Shown: piece by piece, positions 26,935-41,109 of the stretch
How positions within the stretch are numbered: the stretch's first letter is position 1
Layout: the number at the start of each line of letters is the position of its first letter
Assembly: GCA_951406725.2 (NCBI GenBank)
Contig: OX597825.1
Location: forward strand, 58,032,001 to 58,096,000
DNA length: 64,000 bases
From: Octopus vulgaris
Taxonomy: Eukaryota
Direction: 5' to 3'
Translations under genes and position numbers: made by a program
Notes under the pieces: generated by a model
Databases searched by the model: none
The model's input: only the letters and a program-made list of their open reading frames with translations
Told to the model about the DNA's origin: nothing

Positions 26935-27390
26935 TGGCATTCGCGTTGTAAGCAGCTATGAGTTTTATTATATCGATTTATCCTCCAAGCCAGGCTATTC
27001 TCCTCTTCCCTTACACAACCTTCACAACACACCAATCCCCGTCCTTCTTTCCTCTTTACATACAATCTTGACACATTACTCTTGGGGTGTAGTTCCTTGT
27101 TCATTGTCTTTAATTTACGTGTTCTCCGGTCTATCTCGTGTAATTCATTCTTCTTCCAAGATACTGTTCTTGCCCCATATCTCATCAAAGCAACCGCCTG
27201 CGTGTTAATTGCTTTAATCTTATAGTGGTCATTTAGCTTCGATTGGAGCACAAGCCGGGTTCTCCTCAAATACTCTTCCCCGTACATTACTACATTACTT
27301 TCATCTTGTGTTGGTTCATCTCTTTCAATGATACCCAGGTACTCATATCCCTCCTCTCCGACTTCCTTTATAGCTTCGCCACTTTCCAGC
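26935..27390 (-). mobile_element. R4/Dong LINE internal fragment (post-RT region)
   Basis: EYLRR...SKLN..KIKAINT.AV..MRY, IDRRTRK, HPKS.VSRLY..RKEGRGL. Confidence 0.8.
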
Positions 27391-28145
27391 TTGAGTTTTA
27401 TTATATCGATTTATCCTGTTTGTTGACTTTGGTCTCTTCAGCAGTACTAGCGTCCATACTTTGGAGTTTATATCGAGCTCTTGCTAGATATAAGTGAATA
27501 TAATCATGTCTTCCAATTTTAATTTGTCAGACTGGAAGTCTAAAATATAATGCTTGTACACATTAAAGTTTTCTGTCACGCACATTTATTCAGAGTTTCT
27601 AAATTCTGTGAAATAAATTGCTTTATTTGAACACGACCACAATTTATTGCCCTCTGATTCTTTCTACTCACAATTGACGTTCTTCACTTCGACATCCTTG
27701 AAAGAAGCTAATATTCATACCAATTAAGTCTATATGAATTATTTAAATATGTATTCTTACAACCTTTGTATATTTGTTTCATTTCTTCTGATTTCATCAG
27801 TTTTTGACATGTATTCATTTGTTTGTGTATAACTTTATGCAAATGTTTTTGCACTTTCGTTGTACATTATTTCCATTGAGTCACATAATCCAGTGGCTTG
27901 CGAATCTAGATTCATGTATTGGTCGGCTACTAATCGCATGTTTGCAACAGTTTGTTTTCAACGCGGAAAAAGACCACTTTGTCTCTGGAGCCTACCAAAC
28001 GTAATAAAAGACATTGTATTCTGCCTCTTTGTCTTTGGCAGCAGCCATTGACCAAGCACACCACGTCTCTTTGGACCAGCTTCGATGAACCAGAAATCCA
28101 GCCTGTCTCACAGCTCTCTTCAACCAGCCTTCTGTCTTCATCGTT

Positions 28146-28361
28146 ACCTGTTTCTTTACTACCCACAAGGGGCTAAACAAAGAGGGGACAGACAAACGGA
28201 TTATCTCGATTATATCGACCCCAGTGCGTGACTGGTACTTATTTAATCGACCCCGAAAGGATGAAAGGCAAAGTTGACCTCGGCGGAATTTGAACTCGGA
28301 ACGTAACGGCAGACGAAATACGGCTACGCATTTCGCCCGGCGTGCTAACGTTTCTGCCAGC
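28146..28361 (-). mobile_element. SINE family 2
   Basis: Matches 3984-4219. Confidence 0.85.
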
Positions 28362-28566
28362 GCACGAAACAGCAGACCACAGACCCAGCAGAACTGAAGT
28401 CATTTAAATCCTTGTTCCAAATTGTAATATAATTCGCATTTTGCTTTCGCAATCTTATTTTATAGCGAGTGGAATGAATCATCGCTTATTCAATTTATCT
28501 AGGTCATATTGTTCACTTCTTATTTCCGCTCGCTAAGTGTTCTTTCCCAATATAATGCGATAAAGC

Positions 28567-29689
<1,123 letters not shown>

Positions 29690-29699
29690 AATAATGAAA

Positions 29700-30625
29700 T
29701 GATGCTCAACGGGAGAAATACGTTGTTGAGCTAGAGGGGAAGTATAGGGGGAAGAGAAAGGGAATCAATGTTGTGACTGAGGAGTTAAAACAGACGTTGA
29801 AAGCTAAAGCACATAAACTAAAGAGATGTGAACAGAGAATTTAGCAATACAGATTAAACAGACTTTTCGAGCAAAATTAGAAACGAGTTTATCAGGACCT
29901 GGATGGGAAAGAAAAAAGTGAAAAGACCGAGCCGGATGCTGAAGAAAACAAAAGATTCTAGGCAAGCATATGATCTCAGGAGAAACCACAGGAAACTGAA
30001 ACAGGCTGATTAAAGACACTCAAAGAGCAGAGTGGAGAGTATCAGCAGGAGGATTTGAGAATAATCGAGATGATTAGAGAGCAGTGCAAGAGAATTCTTA
30101 ACTAGATGGGGTTCAGGGCTTTTGGCTTAAAAACTTGACAGCTCTGCGCAGGAGAATTGCGAGACAGCTGGAGGAAATACTGAGTAGTGACATCCAAGTG
30201 CCGGCCTGGATGACAAAAGGAAGAACGGTACTGTGCCAGAAGGACCCAAGAAAAGGGAATGCGGTTGGAAATTTCCGACCAATATCTTGTTTGCCACTGA
30301 TGTGGAAACTTATGACGGCCATCATATCGAACAGTATCCATGAGTACATAGATGAGAACGACCTACTGCCAGTGAAACAAAAGGGGTGTAGACGTAAGAG
30401 CAGAGGAACGAAGGATCAATTACTAATCGATAAGACTATCCTGGCTGACTGCAAGAAGCGACACAAAAATTTGGCGATGACATGAGTGGACTACAGGAAA
30501 GCATATGACATGGTCCCACACTCATGGATTATTGAATGCCTTAAATTGCTTAAGGACTCCAACAATATCCCCGAAGTTAATACAAAACTCAATGGCAACA
30601 TGGCGAACTGAACTCAGCATGGGGA
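29700..30625 (+). mobile_element. R4/Dong LINE RT N-terminal fragment
   Basis: [41 protein letters not shown] and DYRKAYDMVPH. Confidence 0.88.
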
Positions 30626-30649
30626 GTTCACCCTTCAACAAAAATACTG

Positions 30650-30840
30650 ACGAGTAAAACTTCCCTCTCCACTCTCCCGTTGAAGTGGAACTTCAAAAAG
30701 TCGATGAGAGCTAGGCTGAAGAGGAAAGACTGTCTTCAGTCCTTTCATTCTCGTTCGCCATACTACCTTCTCTGCCATAACCACCAGACATAGGGAAATT
30801 GCCTTTCCTTCCCGGCCAAAAGACGGCGTTGGGACGATCC
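30650..30840 (-). mobile_element. Tx1 LINE short C-terminal fragment
   Basis: Homologous to 16810-16980 (ALIDF.KFH...VERE). Confidence 0.6.
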
Positions 30841-31114
30841 CCTATTTCTCTGGGATTATGTATATCTATGACTACATTATCAAATATTTTGTATGGTTTC
30901 TTTTAAATACGTTTGGCTGCTATACCTAGCATGTTGAATGACCAAATAGATGCAGCTTCGTGTTTCGTGTTAAGAATTATATTTCTATAATATTTAATTC
31001 CGAGAGAGAAAGATAGATAAGAAAAGCAAATAAAAGTTTTTTTAAAAAGTGATATTCACAAGAAACTTCATGTATCAGAGAAAGGTAGGTAATAATAATA
31101 ATAATTTTACTATA

Positions 31115-31714
31115 ATGTCATCGCCTCAACCAATGAAGTGCTAAAAGTGTGGATGAGCACGTGATTAGCAGCTTTCCCGGGGAAAGTCGAGAGTACTGTA
31201 GTTCGGATATAATAAATGACGAAAACTACCACCAGTATCCACAGGATTTCTTGAACAACTTAAACCCATTGGGATTTCCAATCCATAAAATCAAATTGAA
31301 AAAGAACACTCCGATAATGCTCCTTAGGAATTTCCATCAAGGCAATGGACACTGCAACGGAATAAGATATACGGGAACAGAATTAAGTTCCAATATTACT
31401 GAAGAAGTGATTACGACTGGCCATACAATGGTAAACAGCTGTTCATTCCGCAGATACCCCTTATAATAACCGATGACCAGTTTTCGTTCCAATTAAGACA
31501 CAGGAGGTTTTCTATAAAACCGGCATTCTCATTCACAGCAAACATGGCAAAGGGCCAGGCTTTAGATCGTGTAGGTGTATTTTTACCCACTCCGATGTTT
31601 ATACACGGCCAGTTATACGTCGCTATGAGTAGAGCAACGGACTGCAGTAATTTGAAAATTAGTGCCGACCAAACAGAAAATATCGTCTACAAACAAGTTT
31701 TGCCATCATATTGA
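31115..31714 (+). mobile_element. Helitron Pif1-like helicase C-terminal fragment (frameshifted)
   Basis: FLNNLNP.GFP.H...LK...PIMLLRN...GHCNG.R, then KPAFSFTAN.AKGQ.LDRVG, HGQLYVAMSR and NIVYKQVL. Confidence 0.9.
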
Positions 31715-32141
31715 TATTACCGAAAGGAATATGATTCATAATTTAAATTAGGTTATTCGTAAATTTTGAATGTATAAGAGTATAAACAAGCGTCAAATAG
31801 TGTAAACAACTAAAATAAAAGTATATCTAATTAACATTTTTCCTTAATACTGTTTATGTAGTGGTCGAAGGAAGCTTCCGCTTCCTTTAAATCATCATCA
31901 CATGTCCCTTAGTCACAATCACATATCATATAGCTGCAATAAAATACAGTATCACCAATAATAATGTGATTTCTATAAGACATCACCTAGTAATCTATCA
32001 AGTCCATTTACACATTTCTCAATGCTGGTGACTTTCCTCCCTCATTTTATGCCTCCATTGTAGATGGATAGATTTTCTAGTAATCATGATAATGATGACG
32101 ATGATGATAATAATAATAATAATGATAATAATAATAATAAT

Positions 32142-32699
32142 AAATGCCCTGATGCAGTACCAGGCAGTGGCTCTCATGGCTTCTGATCTTAACTGATTGG
32201 AAGTGTTATCATGTACATTGTTTTGTCTTGGTATAAAAGATGGGCTACAGCAAATATTCTGCTCAATACCACAGATTTGCTTGTCAGTTGTTTGACCTTA
32301 ACCAGTTGAGCATGTCCCTTAGTGGCTGACGATATGTGCATCTCTGATCACGAGCAGAAGTAGTGGGGGAGCATCATAGCCATGTGTTGAGAGGGATTCT
32401 TTGGGGTTTGAATAATTCACCTCTGGAAACATGGGTGTTTCGTTCAGCCTCCTTAAACAACCCTTATTCAGGGACCTTTTGAGCTGGATGGGTTACTCGA
32501 TCTGAAGAAAATTCTAACTGGACTCCACCTGCAAGGTCATGTGCTGTTTATCTTGATATGAGATCACCATATCGCGCACATATGGTTGTGATGCATGTGC
32601 CTGGTGTACCCTTATCAGACGAGTAGTCATGATGGGTATACTGGGCTTCGTAAATTTTACCCCAGTGTCACTTTGATGGCATGCTCTGCTCGCTCACTC

Positions 32700-32700
<1 letters not shown>
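32142..32700 (+). mobile_element. ~550-bp non-autonomous (TAA)n-associated element, reference copy
   Basis: Starts AAATGCCCTGATGCAGTACCAGGCAG, ends CTCACTCA followed by (ATA)n. TAA arrays on both sides. Confidence 0.88.
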
Positions 32701-32783
<83 letters not shown>

Positions 32784-32799
32784 AATCATAATAATAATC

Positions 32800-32881
<82 letters not shown>

Positions 32882-32903
32882 TGATAATAATAATAATAAT
32901 AAT

Positions 32904-33390
32904 TTGACCGAGAAGGAACGCAGTTTTTCTCTGGTGGTTATGGCAAAAGAGGTTGCGTGGTGGACGCGATTGAAAGGGTTGAAGACGGGAAATCGTCCTC
33001 TTCGGCCTAGGCCTCATTGATTTTTTCAGGTGGAACTTGAACAGAAAAGTGAGGCTGGAGAAGGAGGTGCTGTCACCCAGTAAGTTTGTTGAAATGGCGA
33101 ATGTGGCCAGAATGGCCCGTGGGAATGAGCCTACACTGATTGTCCGCCTGTAGACCGGATGAAATGAGGAGGAGAGGGATGCTACATAAGGTTCCTTTGA
33201 TTAGGAGATCCAAAGTGTGTGAGGTTTCTTTGGTCACCTCTCGGTGTCACCCCTCCCCCTTTTGACGAAGTATATTGTTGGTTTAATCTCCTTGTCAGCT
33301 GTTTTTTTTTACTGTTTACATGTTTAACCCCACTGTCCTTTGTGTATCGTCCTTTATGATTTGTGTTCGTCCCTGGTGGCCAATAAAAAA
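32904..33390 (+). mobile_element. Tx1 LINE 3' end
   Basis: LVVMAKEVAWWTRLKGLK, then a 3' UTR ending AATAAA followed by (CAT/TAT)n. Confidence 0.75.
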
Positions 33391-33417
33391 TTATCATTAT
33401 CATCATCATCATCATCA

Positions 33418-33472
<55 letters not shown>

Positions 33473-33551
33473 TATTATTATTATCATTATTATTATTATC
33501 ATCATCATCATTATTATGATTATTATTATTATTATTATCATCATCATCATT

Positions 33552-33582
<31 letters not shown>

Positions 33583-33679
33583 CCATCATCATCATTATTA
33601 TTATTGATTGATTGATTGATTCCAGTTCCAGCCTGTGCCATTATTATTATTATTATTATTAATATTATTATTATTGTTG

Positions 33680-34025
33680 TACACACAACAGATTAAACTG
33701 TTGGAAAAGAAACATTCCTAACATCGAGTTACAACATATAAACTTAGATGGCAAGAATCCACCTAAGTATCCTAGCTGTCCCTAATAACACTTTTCTAGA
33801 GCTGAACTGAACTGGATTTTATGCCCACTTCCTCTATCCATCTGTTGAAATCTTTAGAGGTAGTTTCTAATGCACCTATAACTACTGGGATGTATTTTAT
33901 CCGTACTTTCCATAGTCTCTGTAATTCAATTGCTAGGTCCTGCTATTTTGATATTTTTTGTATACCTCACATATTGATTTGAGATTGCAAAGTCAATTAT
34001 CTGGCACTTTCTAATCTCTTTGTAA
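33680..34025 (-). mobile_element. R4/Dong LINE 3' end, degenerate
   Basis: KCQIIDFAI and frameshifted RLE C-terminal motifs. 3' end next to (TAA)n. Confidence 0.6.
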
Positions 34026-34678
34026 TGAAACTGTCAAACGTCGGAAAATAATAGTGGTGATGACGATGGTGACGTACGTTACCTTACCTCAGTTTATGAG
34101 AGACAAGAGTTTGCCAAGAAACTCTGGTTATAATAGCGAAAATGAGGTTGGGCCTTTGAGATGCAATAAAGATGCAGACTGGCCACAGCTGTTATCTTAA
34201 GACAACATCAGCAGATAATAGAGTAAGGAGGAGAGAGTGGACCAGCGAAGAAAACAGGACAGTGATACTATGTTACTTAGATAGTAAACCTAAAAGAAAG
34301 GGCAGTAGAAAACAGATGTTAACACTTTGGATAAAGAAAGGCATCTTTAAAGTAACTGAACAGAGACTAGTAGATCAAGCTAATGCTATTAGAAGAAGAA
34401 AGTGGATGACAAAATTGGCGGTGGAAGAGATCACACGAGAACTAGAATAGAAAGACCTGGCAGTAGGAAAGACAAACAACAATATAAGAAATACAACTCA
34501 AACCAAAGAAAAAGCTAAAGAAAAAATAATAATGGCGCTAACAATAAGGAAGATTTTATCAGAAGATTTTAGATGAGTTGCAAGAATTACTGAGTAAAAA
34601 AATTAGAACAAGATTGCTGGCGTTAAATGGTGCCAACAGAAGAAAGCTGCTAGATATGATTAGGACAGTAGATTCTGT

Positions 34679-36148
34679 CAGTGGCGAGGGGTGACTAGGA
34701 AACAAGGGCATGCATTCCACCCCCATTGAAGTTGGTGGGGGAATATTTCCGAGTGTTCCACCCCCACCCCCGTTTTCCGTGAAATGTTTAGTATTATATG
34801 CTTTGAAATATGGGGAGTCTGAAAATGAAAATAGTTTTCCCTCTATGATGCACTGTTTCGAAGTAGTTAGTAAGGCACGAGTAACGTACTTATAACTTTG
34901 GAAATCACCTTCCAACGATTTCATCCAGTAGGGGCTATTTAAGCTGTCGGCTTTGAGAAAAAAGTCGAAATTCTTTTTAAATTTTGGAAGAAAACTCGAT
35001 ATTCACGAACTCTTGAAGCCGATTGAGAGAGTACCGAATTAAGTAAATGTGTATAACATTGGACAACATTTGTCAGTGCTGCAGCTGTTCTAAATTTATT
35101 GACATTGACTTATCCCCTAAACCTTTCTTGAAGCCTTTCCTTCTCCTCAACAAATCGCAAAGCGTGTGACAGTTAAGATTTCATTCGAAAGTTTGTAGTT
35201 TTACCAAACATAGCAATAAATGCGGGGGGGGGGGGTTTCGAGCGTTGGCTTAATTACACCTTCACTTGTAACAGCTATACGATGAAATGATTTTGTTTTG
35301 ATTATCACTTCAAAGTGATATTCGTTTTCAATATCATTTCAAAGCTGAGAAAATGTATTCTTATACTAAAAAACTAACAGGCATGGGAAACAGAAAAAAA
35401 AGTTTTAGAATGAGTCATCTCGTCATTCACTCAGACTATTCAATTAAAATAACTATTAAATTACATTCAATTAAAATAACGATGACATTCCTTGCGGCCC
35501 ACTTCAGTTTTGATTTTCAGCATAAACTTTGATTTCTCTTTTCCAAGAATGATAACATACTTCTTATCTGTTTCAAAGTTGGGGAAAGTAAAGAGAAAAC
35601 TGAACAAATGAACCCTTTTGCCATCCTAGGGGTGATTGAAAGCATGAGAAATTCTACTAGGTTTTAATCTTTTTTAAATGAATCGGAGCTTTACGCTAAT
35701 AGATAATTTAGGTGTTAGTTTACTTTTTTACATAACCTTTCTTAAATACCTTTAAATATTTAAAATTAAATTTTAAAGCATTGGCATGAACGAATGGATG
35801 AAAACGTTACTTTGTAATCACACACACACACACACACACATACACACACATATACACTCTATGTGTAAAATAGTCAAAGAAACTCTGGGGTCACATGACT
35901 GAATTCAGGTGTTAAGAAAGGATAAACAATACTCTCTCCATTGGCTGAATCTTTTTAGAAAGTAAGCGTGGTTGTGTAGTAAGAAGTTTGCTTTCCAACT
36001 ACATGGTTCCAGGTACAGACTTTTGCTAGTGTCTTCTACTATAGCCCTAGGCCGACTAAAACCTTGTAAGTGGACTTCATAGAGGGAAACTGGAAAAAAC
36101 CGTCATATATATATATATATATATAATATATATACACACACTCTCACA

Positions 36149-36202
<54 letters not shown>

Positions 36203-37013
36203 CGTGTGTGTGTTTTTTTGTGTGTGTATATTCGTGTCTGTGTCCTTTACCAACGCTAGATAAATGTTGTTGGTGTGTTTACGTCCCCGTAACTTAGCAG
36301 TTCGGCGCAAAAGACCAAAAATTCGGCATGAGGCTTTAAGAAGGTACTGGAGTAGATTCATTAGACTAAAAATTGTTTAAGGTGGTGCCCCAGCGTGGCC
36401 ACAATCTACTGATTGAAACAAATAGAAGATAAAAGATAAAACGTGTACTCTTCGATACCGAATAATCATACGAAATATATCAACAAGTAATAAAACACAC
36501 CTGTAAATTGACTAAATATTCATTTCTCGTCTAAATCTGTCCGACTATGAGGAAAGCCTCAGGAATCCTCTGAATAGGTAAGTGTTTGATCTCTGCTGCA
36601 CAGGACGGTAAAAACATCAGCACTTCAAGAGAGAAAAGTTGACAACGTGTCTGCTGGCTTAATACGGCTGATAGGTAAGCAGTAAAATATCTACTTTATC
36701 TGTACTTTTTTCCTTCACCACTCACTCATTTTTTGTTTCCCTCTTCGGAAATAAAAGAATACAAAGAAAATAACATCACTGCTCTTACTATGAGTGAAAG
36801 CAAGCAGTAAAAAATTTGCTTTCCCTTCCATATGTTTCTGTTGACCATTTTATACTAAGAAATTAAGGAATGCGAAATAAGTGTAAATATGACTACAATG
36901 AATCTAGTGAAAATTATCAATAATCAATTATATATTACACAAAAATTATTCATTGCGAGAAAATAGTCAGGCATGCAAGTGCATGCGTTTCATTTATAAA
37001 ACTTTCGCCCCTG
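34679..37013. mobile_element. Non-autonomous hAT transposon
   Basis: Termini CAGTGGCGA / TCGCCCCTG and an 8-bp TSD GATTCTGT / GATTCTTT (7 of 8). Host LINE sequence rejoins across it. Confidence 0.8.
35962..36440 (+). mobile_element. CORE-type SINE nested in the hAT
   Basis: Diverged match to 26178-26630. Confidence 0.75.
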
Positions 37014-39397
37014 GATTCTTTTAACAGTTGGATTGATACTAAAAATACAGGAGACACTAACTTATTGATCTACGCAGGAGGAGTAGTAGTTAGCAGGAGA
37101 TTAGATATTACACACAGAAAGATTTGAAAGAGAAAATGTGGAAAAGGAGATTACAAAATAAGTGAAAACTTTAAGACAAGATCTAGGTAGAATAGAAGCC
37201 TGCAAACTAAACAAGTTAGGTAACACAAGATTTAAATCTTCTCTAGAGAAAAAAATACTTAGTCAAAGAGAAAGGGTTTGGGACAGTAATAGAAGAGTTG
37301 AAACAGCGTAGCGTAGCATAGCATTAGCGGTAAGTTCTCCAGATATCAGAAAATAATAAATCAGTATCAACAGAATGTATTTTTTGAGACAGACCAGAGG
37401 AGATTTTATAACCAAATAAATAGTAGAGAACGAAGTACTGAAGATGTGATACCTAATGCAGAAGAAGCTAGAAAGATCTGGAGTAATATTTGGGATAAGC
37501 CAGTCAATCATAATGGAGATGCAGTATGATTAAAGAAAGTGAAGGAAGAAGTAATGAGTGAGAAGCAGCCAGATCTAAGATTAACCAGTGCATTAACGAG
37601 TAAAGTGTTAGGAAAAATGCCGAATTGGAAGGTCCCAGAACTGAATTTAATTCAAGGGTACTGGAAAAAGAAATTTAGTAGTTTAAATGGGAGGCTGAGG
37701 AAACAACTTCAGGATTACCTGAATGGGGGAATAATACCAGATTGGATGACTAGAGGGAGGACAATACTCCTTATGAAAGCAAAGGTAAAACAGCTAGCAA
37801 TTATAGACCAATCACTTGCTTAATATTAGTATGGAAGCTGTTAATAGGAATGCTTTCAGAAAGAATTTACGAACACCTTGACAATCAGAATTTACTGCCA
37901 GATGAACAGAAAGGTTGCAGAAAGAAGGCTAGAGGAATGCACGATCTATTATGTGTAAACAAAGTAGTTCTAAATGAAGTAAAAGCTGGAAAGAAAAATC
38001 TAACGATAGCTTGGATAGATTATAGGAAAGTCAATGTCATGATCCCACACTCAAGGACAAGTGAATGTTTGAGTATATTCAGTATAGCAGACAACATAAG
38101 AGAATGAATTAGCTTTAGCATGAGGAAATGGAAAGTAGATCTCTACTTCGGCGACACAGTTTTGGGGATGGTTAATATCGACAGAGGAATTTAACAAGGA
38201 GACTCGTTATCCTCTTTAATATTTGTCATATGTCCGATCCCCTTCAATTTAGTATTAAAGAAGGCAAAGGCAGGGTATCAGTTCAGAAATAGTAAAATTA
38301 AAATTAGCCATTTGCTCCACATGGGTGATCTGAAGGTTTTTAGTAAGAATGAAAGAGATAGATTCCTTAATACAGACTGTAAAACTCTTCAGCAAAAATA
38401 TAGGCATGGAATTTGGCATAGAAAAGTGTACAATATTAGTCATGAACAGGGGACAGGTAGTCAACAGTGAAGTCATCCAATTACCAGATGGTCAGACATT
38501 AAAATCATTAAAAGAAGGAGAGAGTTAGAAACATCTAGGAGTATTAGTATCTGACAGAGTACGAACTATAGAAATTGAAACGAAAACTGAGGAGTACATC
38601 AGAAGGGTAAGGAAGCAAATGAAATCATAGCTAAATTGTCAGAATCTAGTAGAGGCTGTAAATACTTGGGCAGTATTTTTACTTAGATATTCTGCAGCTT
38701 TTGTAGATTGGACAAAAACTGAATTAGCAAAGATAGACAGAAGAACTAGGAAGGAATTCAAAACGAATAGCGGACTCCACCCAAGGGCAAGAGTAGCAGG
38801 ATTATACTTACCTAGAAAGGAAGGTGGAAGAGGGCTAATATCAGTAGAAGAATGCGTGGAGGTAGCTAGGGTAGATATAGACTCCTATGTAGGTAGTAGT
38901 AAGGAAAATTTATTAAGAACTTCTAGAGTCACAGCAAAACATAGGAAAACCAAAAAACCAAACGAATTTAAAAGCCAGAAAAAAGAACAGAAGTTATCTG
39001 ACTTGCTGGAGAAAGCTTTGCAGAATAGGTTCTCAAATATAGTTGCAGCAATAGTTGTAGTGAGACATGATTATGGTTGCATCAAGGTAGGCTGAAAATG
39101 GAGACACAAAGATTGTTAATAGCATCACAAGATCAAGCATTAACGACTAATTGGATAAATACTAAGATATACAAAATCCGATATAGGTTATGCAAATCAA
39201 AAGGGGAAAGTGTTACTCATATAGTTAATGATTGTAGCATGCTGACACTGAAAGAATAGGAGAAAAGACATGACAATCTAGGGAGAGTAATCCACTGGGA
39301 GTTATGTAGAAAACTACAATTTAACCAAACTGATAAATGGTATGAACATGAACCTAGTAAAGAAATATAAGATGCTGTGGGAGTTTAACATTCAGAC

Positions 39398-39898
39398 GTG
39401 TTATCATGTACATTGTTTTGTCTTGGTATAAAAGATGGGCTACAGCAAATATTCTGCTCAATACCACAGATTTGCTTGTCAGTTGTTTGACCGTAACCAG
39501 TTGAGCATGTCCCTTAGTGGCTGACGATATATGCATCTCTGATCATGAGCAGAAGTAGTGGGGGAGTATCATAGCCATGTGTTGAGAGGGATTCTTTGGG
39601 GTTTGAATAATTCACCTCTGGAAACATGGGTGGTTCTTTCAACATCCTTAAACAACCCTTATTCAGGGACCTTTTGAGCGGGATGGGCTACTCAACCTGA
39701 AGAAATTTCTAACTGGGCCCCACCTGCAAGGTCATGTGCTGCTGTTTATCTTGAAATGAGATCACCATGTCGCGCACATATGGTTGTGATGCATGTGCCT
39801 GGTGTACCCTTATCAGACGGGTAGTCATGATGGGTATATTGGGCTTCGTATATTTTACCCCAGTGTCACTTTGATGGCATGCACTGCTCTCTCACTCA
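39398..39898 (+). mobile_element. ~550-bp element, 5'-truncated, fused to a Dong RLE domain
   Basis: Matches 32203-32700 and ends in an AAT tail. Confidence 0.85.
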
Positions 39899-40234
39899 AT
39901 AATAATAGTAATGATAATAATACCACTCCTTGTATCTGTCGCCGTCCGTCTATAAACTGAACGGCGTTCTCCTCTCAGCAAAAGGAGTGGTGTCTAGGAA
40001 ATCTGTTCAGGGCAGCACATGGCCAGTGTACAAAACATTTTTATTAACAAGTTGTTCTATTTCCGGTTTTGATTTGATAAGGGAACATTCTCATATAGAT
40101 ATACATACATACACACATATATACAGACATACAGATAGACAGATAGACAGGCAGAAACACACACAGGCAAATACACATACACAACATACACACACATACA
40201 TATACGTTTGTTTGTAGACAGACAGACGGGCAGT

Positions 40235-40356
<122 letters not shown>

Positions 40357-40436
40357 TACAGACAGATAGAGAAACAGACTGATAGATAGATAAATAGACA
40401 GACAGACTGGCAAACAGACAGATAAATAGATATATG

Positions 40437-40549
40437 TGCTTTTATTCTTTTACTTGTTTCAGTCATTTGACTGCCGCCATGCTAGAGCACCGCCTTTGGT
40501 CGAAGAAACCAACCCCAGGACTTATTCTTCGTAATCCTAGTACTTATTC
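40437..40549 (-). mobile_element. CORE-type SINE 3' fragment
   Basis: Matches the 3' end of 26178-26630. Cut by the hAT TIR at 40550. Confidence 0.75.
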
Positions 40550-41100
40550 CAGTGGTTCTCAACTCGTTTGAGGTCAGGGCGCACTTGAACCCCAACAGAT
40601 AATTGTGGGCGCACCATATACAAATAACGCATACCTTAACGCATTAAGTCTCACTGTCCTATAAATAGGACACTAAATGGGAACATTAAATAAGCTCTAT
40701 CACATTGTCTCAGTGTCCTATTTATAGGACACCGAGTAATTCCAATTCAACTTGAAATAAAGGAGTTTTAATAATTATTTTTAAAAATTTTAACCTATTT
40801 TTAATCATCTGTAAAACATTTTAAATAATATTCAGGAATTTAAGTACTCTGGGACTTAATGGGTTAAAATTCTTCATTCTTGAGTTCATGGGAAACTTTA
40901 ACTCGATGTGTCTAGGCAATTTCTTCAATATTTGGGTATATATTTGAAAGACAAACTTGCATTTCTTCATCAATGCATGAAAGTGTTCCTCGCTTTTTGT
41001 TCTTGATAGTAGAGAGAGCGGAAAATCGCAATTCACATAGATATGAAGTTGAAAATTGCAGCAGAATTGTAAGAGCTGTTTTAGAAATCGAAACATATTT
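40550..41100 (-). mobile_element. hAT Charlie/Buster transposon 3' end
   Basis: TIR CAGTGGTTCTCAAC. Minus strand encodes LLQFSTSYLCELRFSALSTIKNKKR...EEMQVCLS..YPNI, the Buster-type dimerisation domain. Confidence 0.85.
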
Positions 41101-41109
41101 AACTTTCCC

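Larger units (their letters stand above)
34060..39397 (+). mobile_element. Old R4/Dong LINE, nearly full length, split by a hAT insertion
   Basis: N-terminal WT.EEN...CY...TEQRL.DQ...I motif (34172-34450). Resumes at 37022 with RT (QKGCR, AWIDYRK, QGDSLS), then ASQDQAL and LWEFNIQT, where it breaks off. Confidence 0.85.

Noticed and set aside
32145-32480. HDV-like ribozyme in the 550-bp element (GCCCTGA with TCAGGGA)
   Set aside because: The pairing is imperfect and no P1.1, P3 or J4/2 arrangement could be built by eye.
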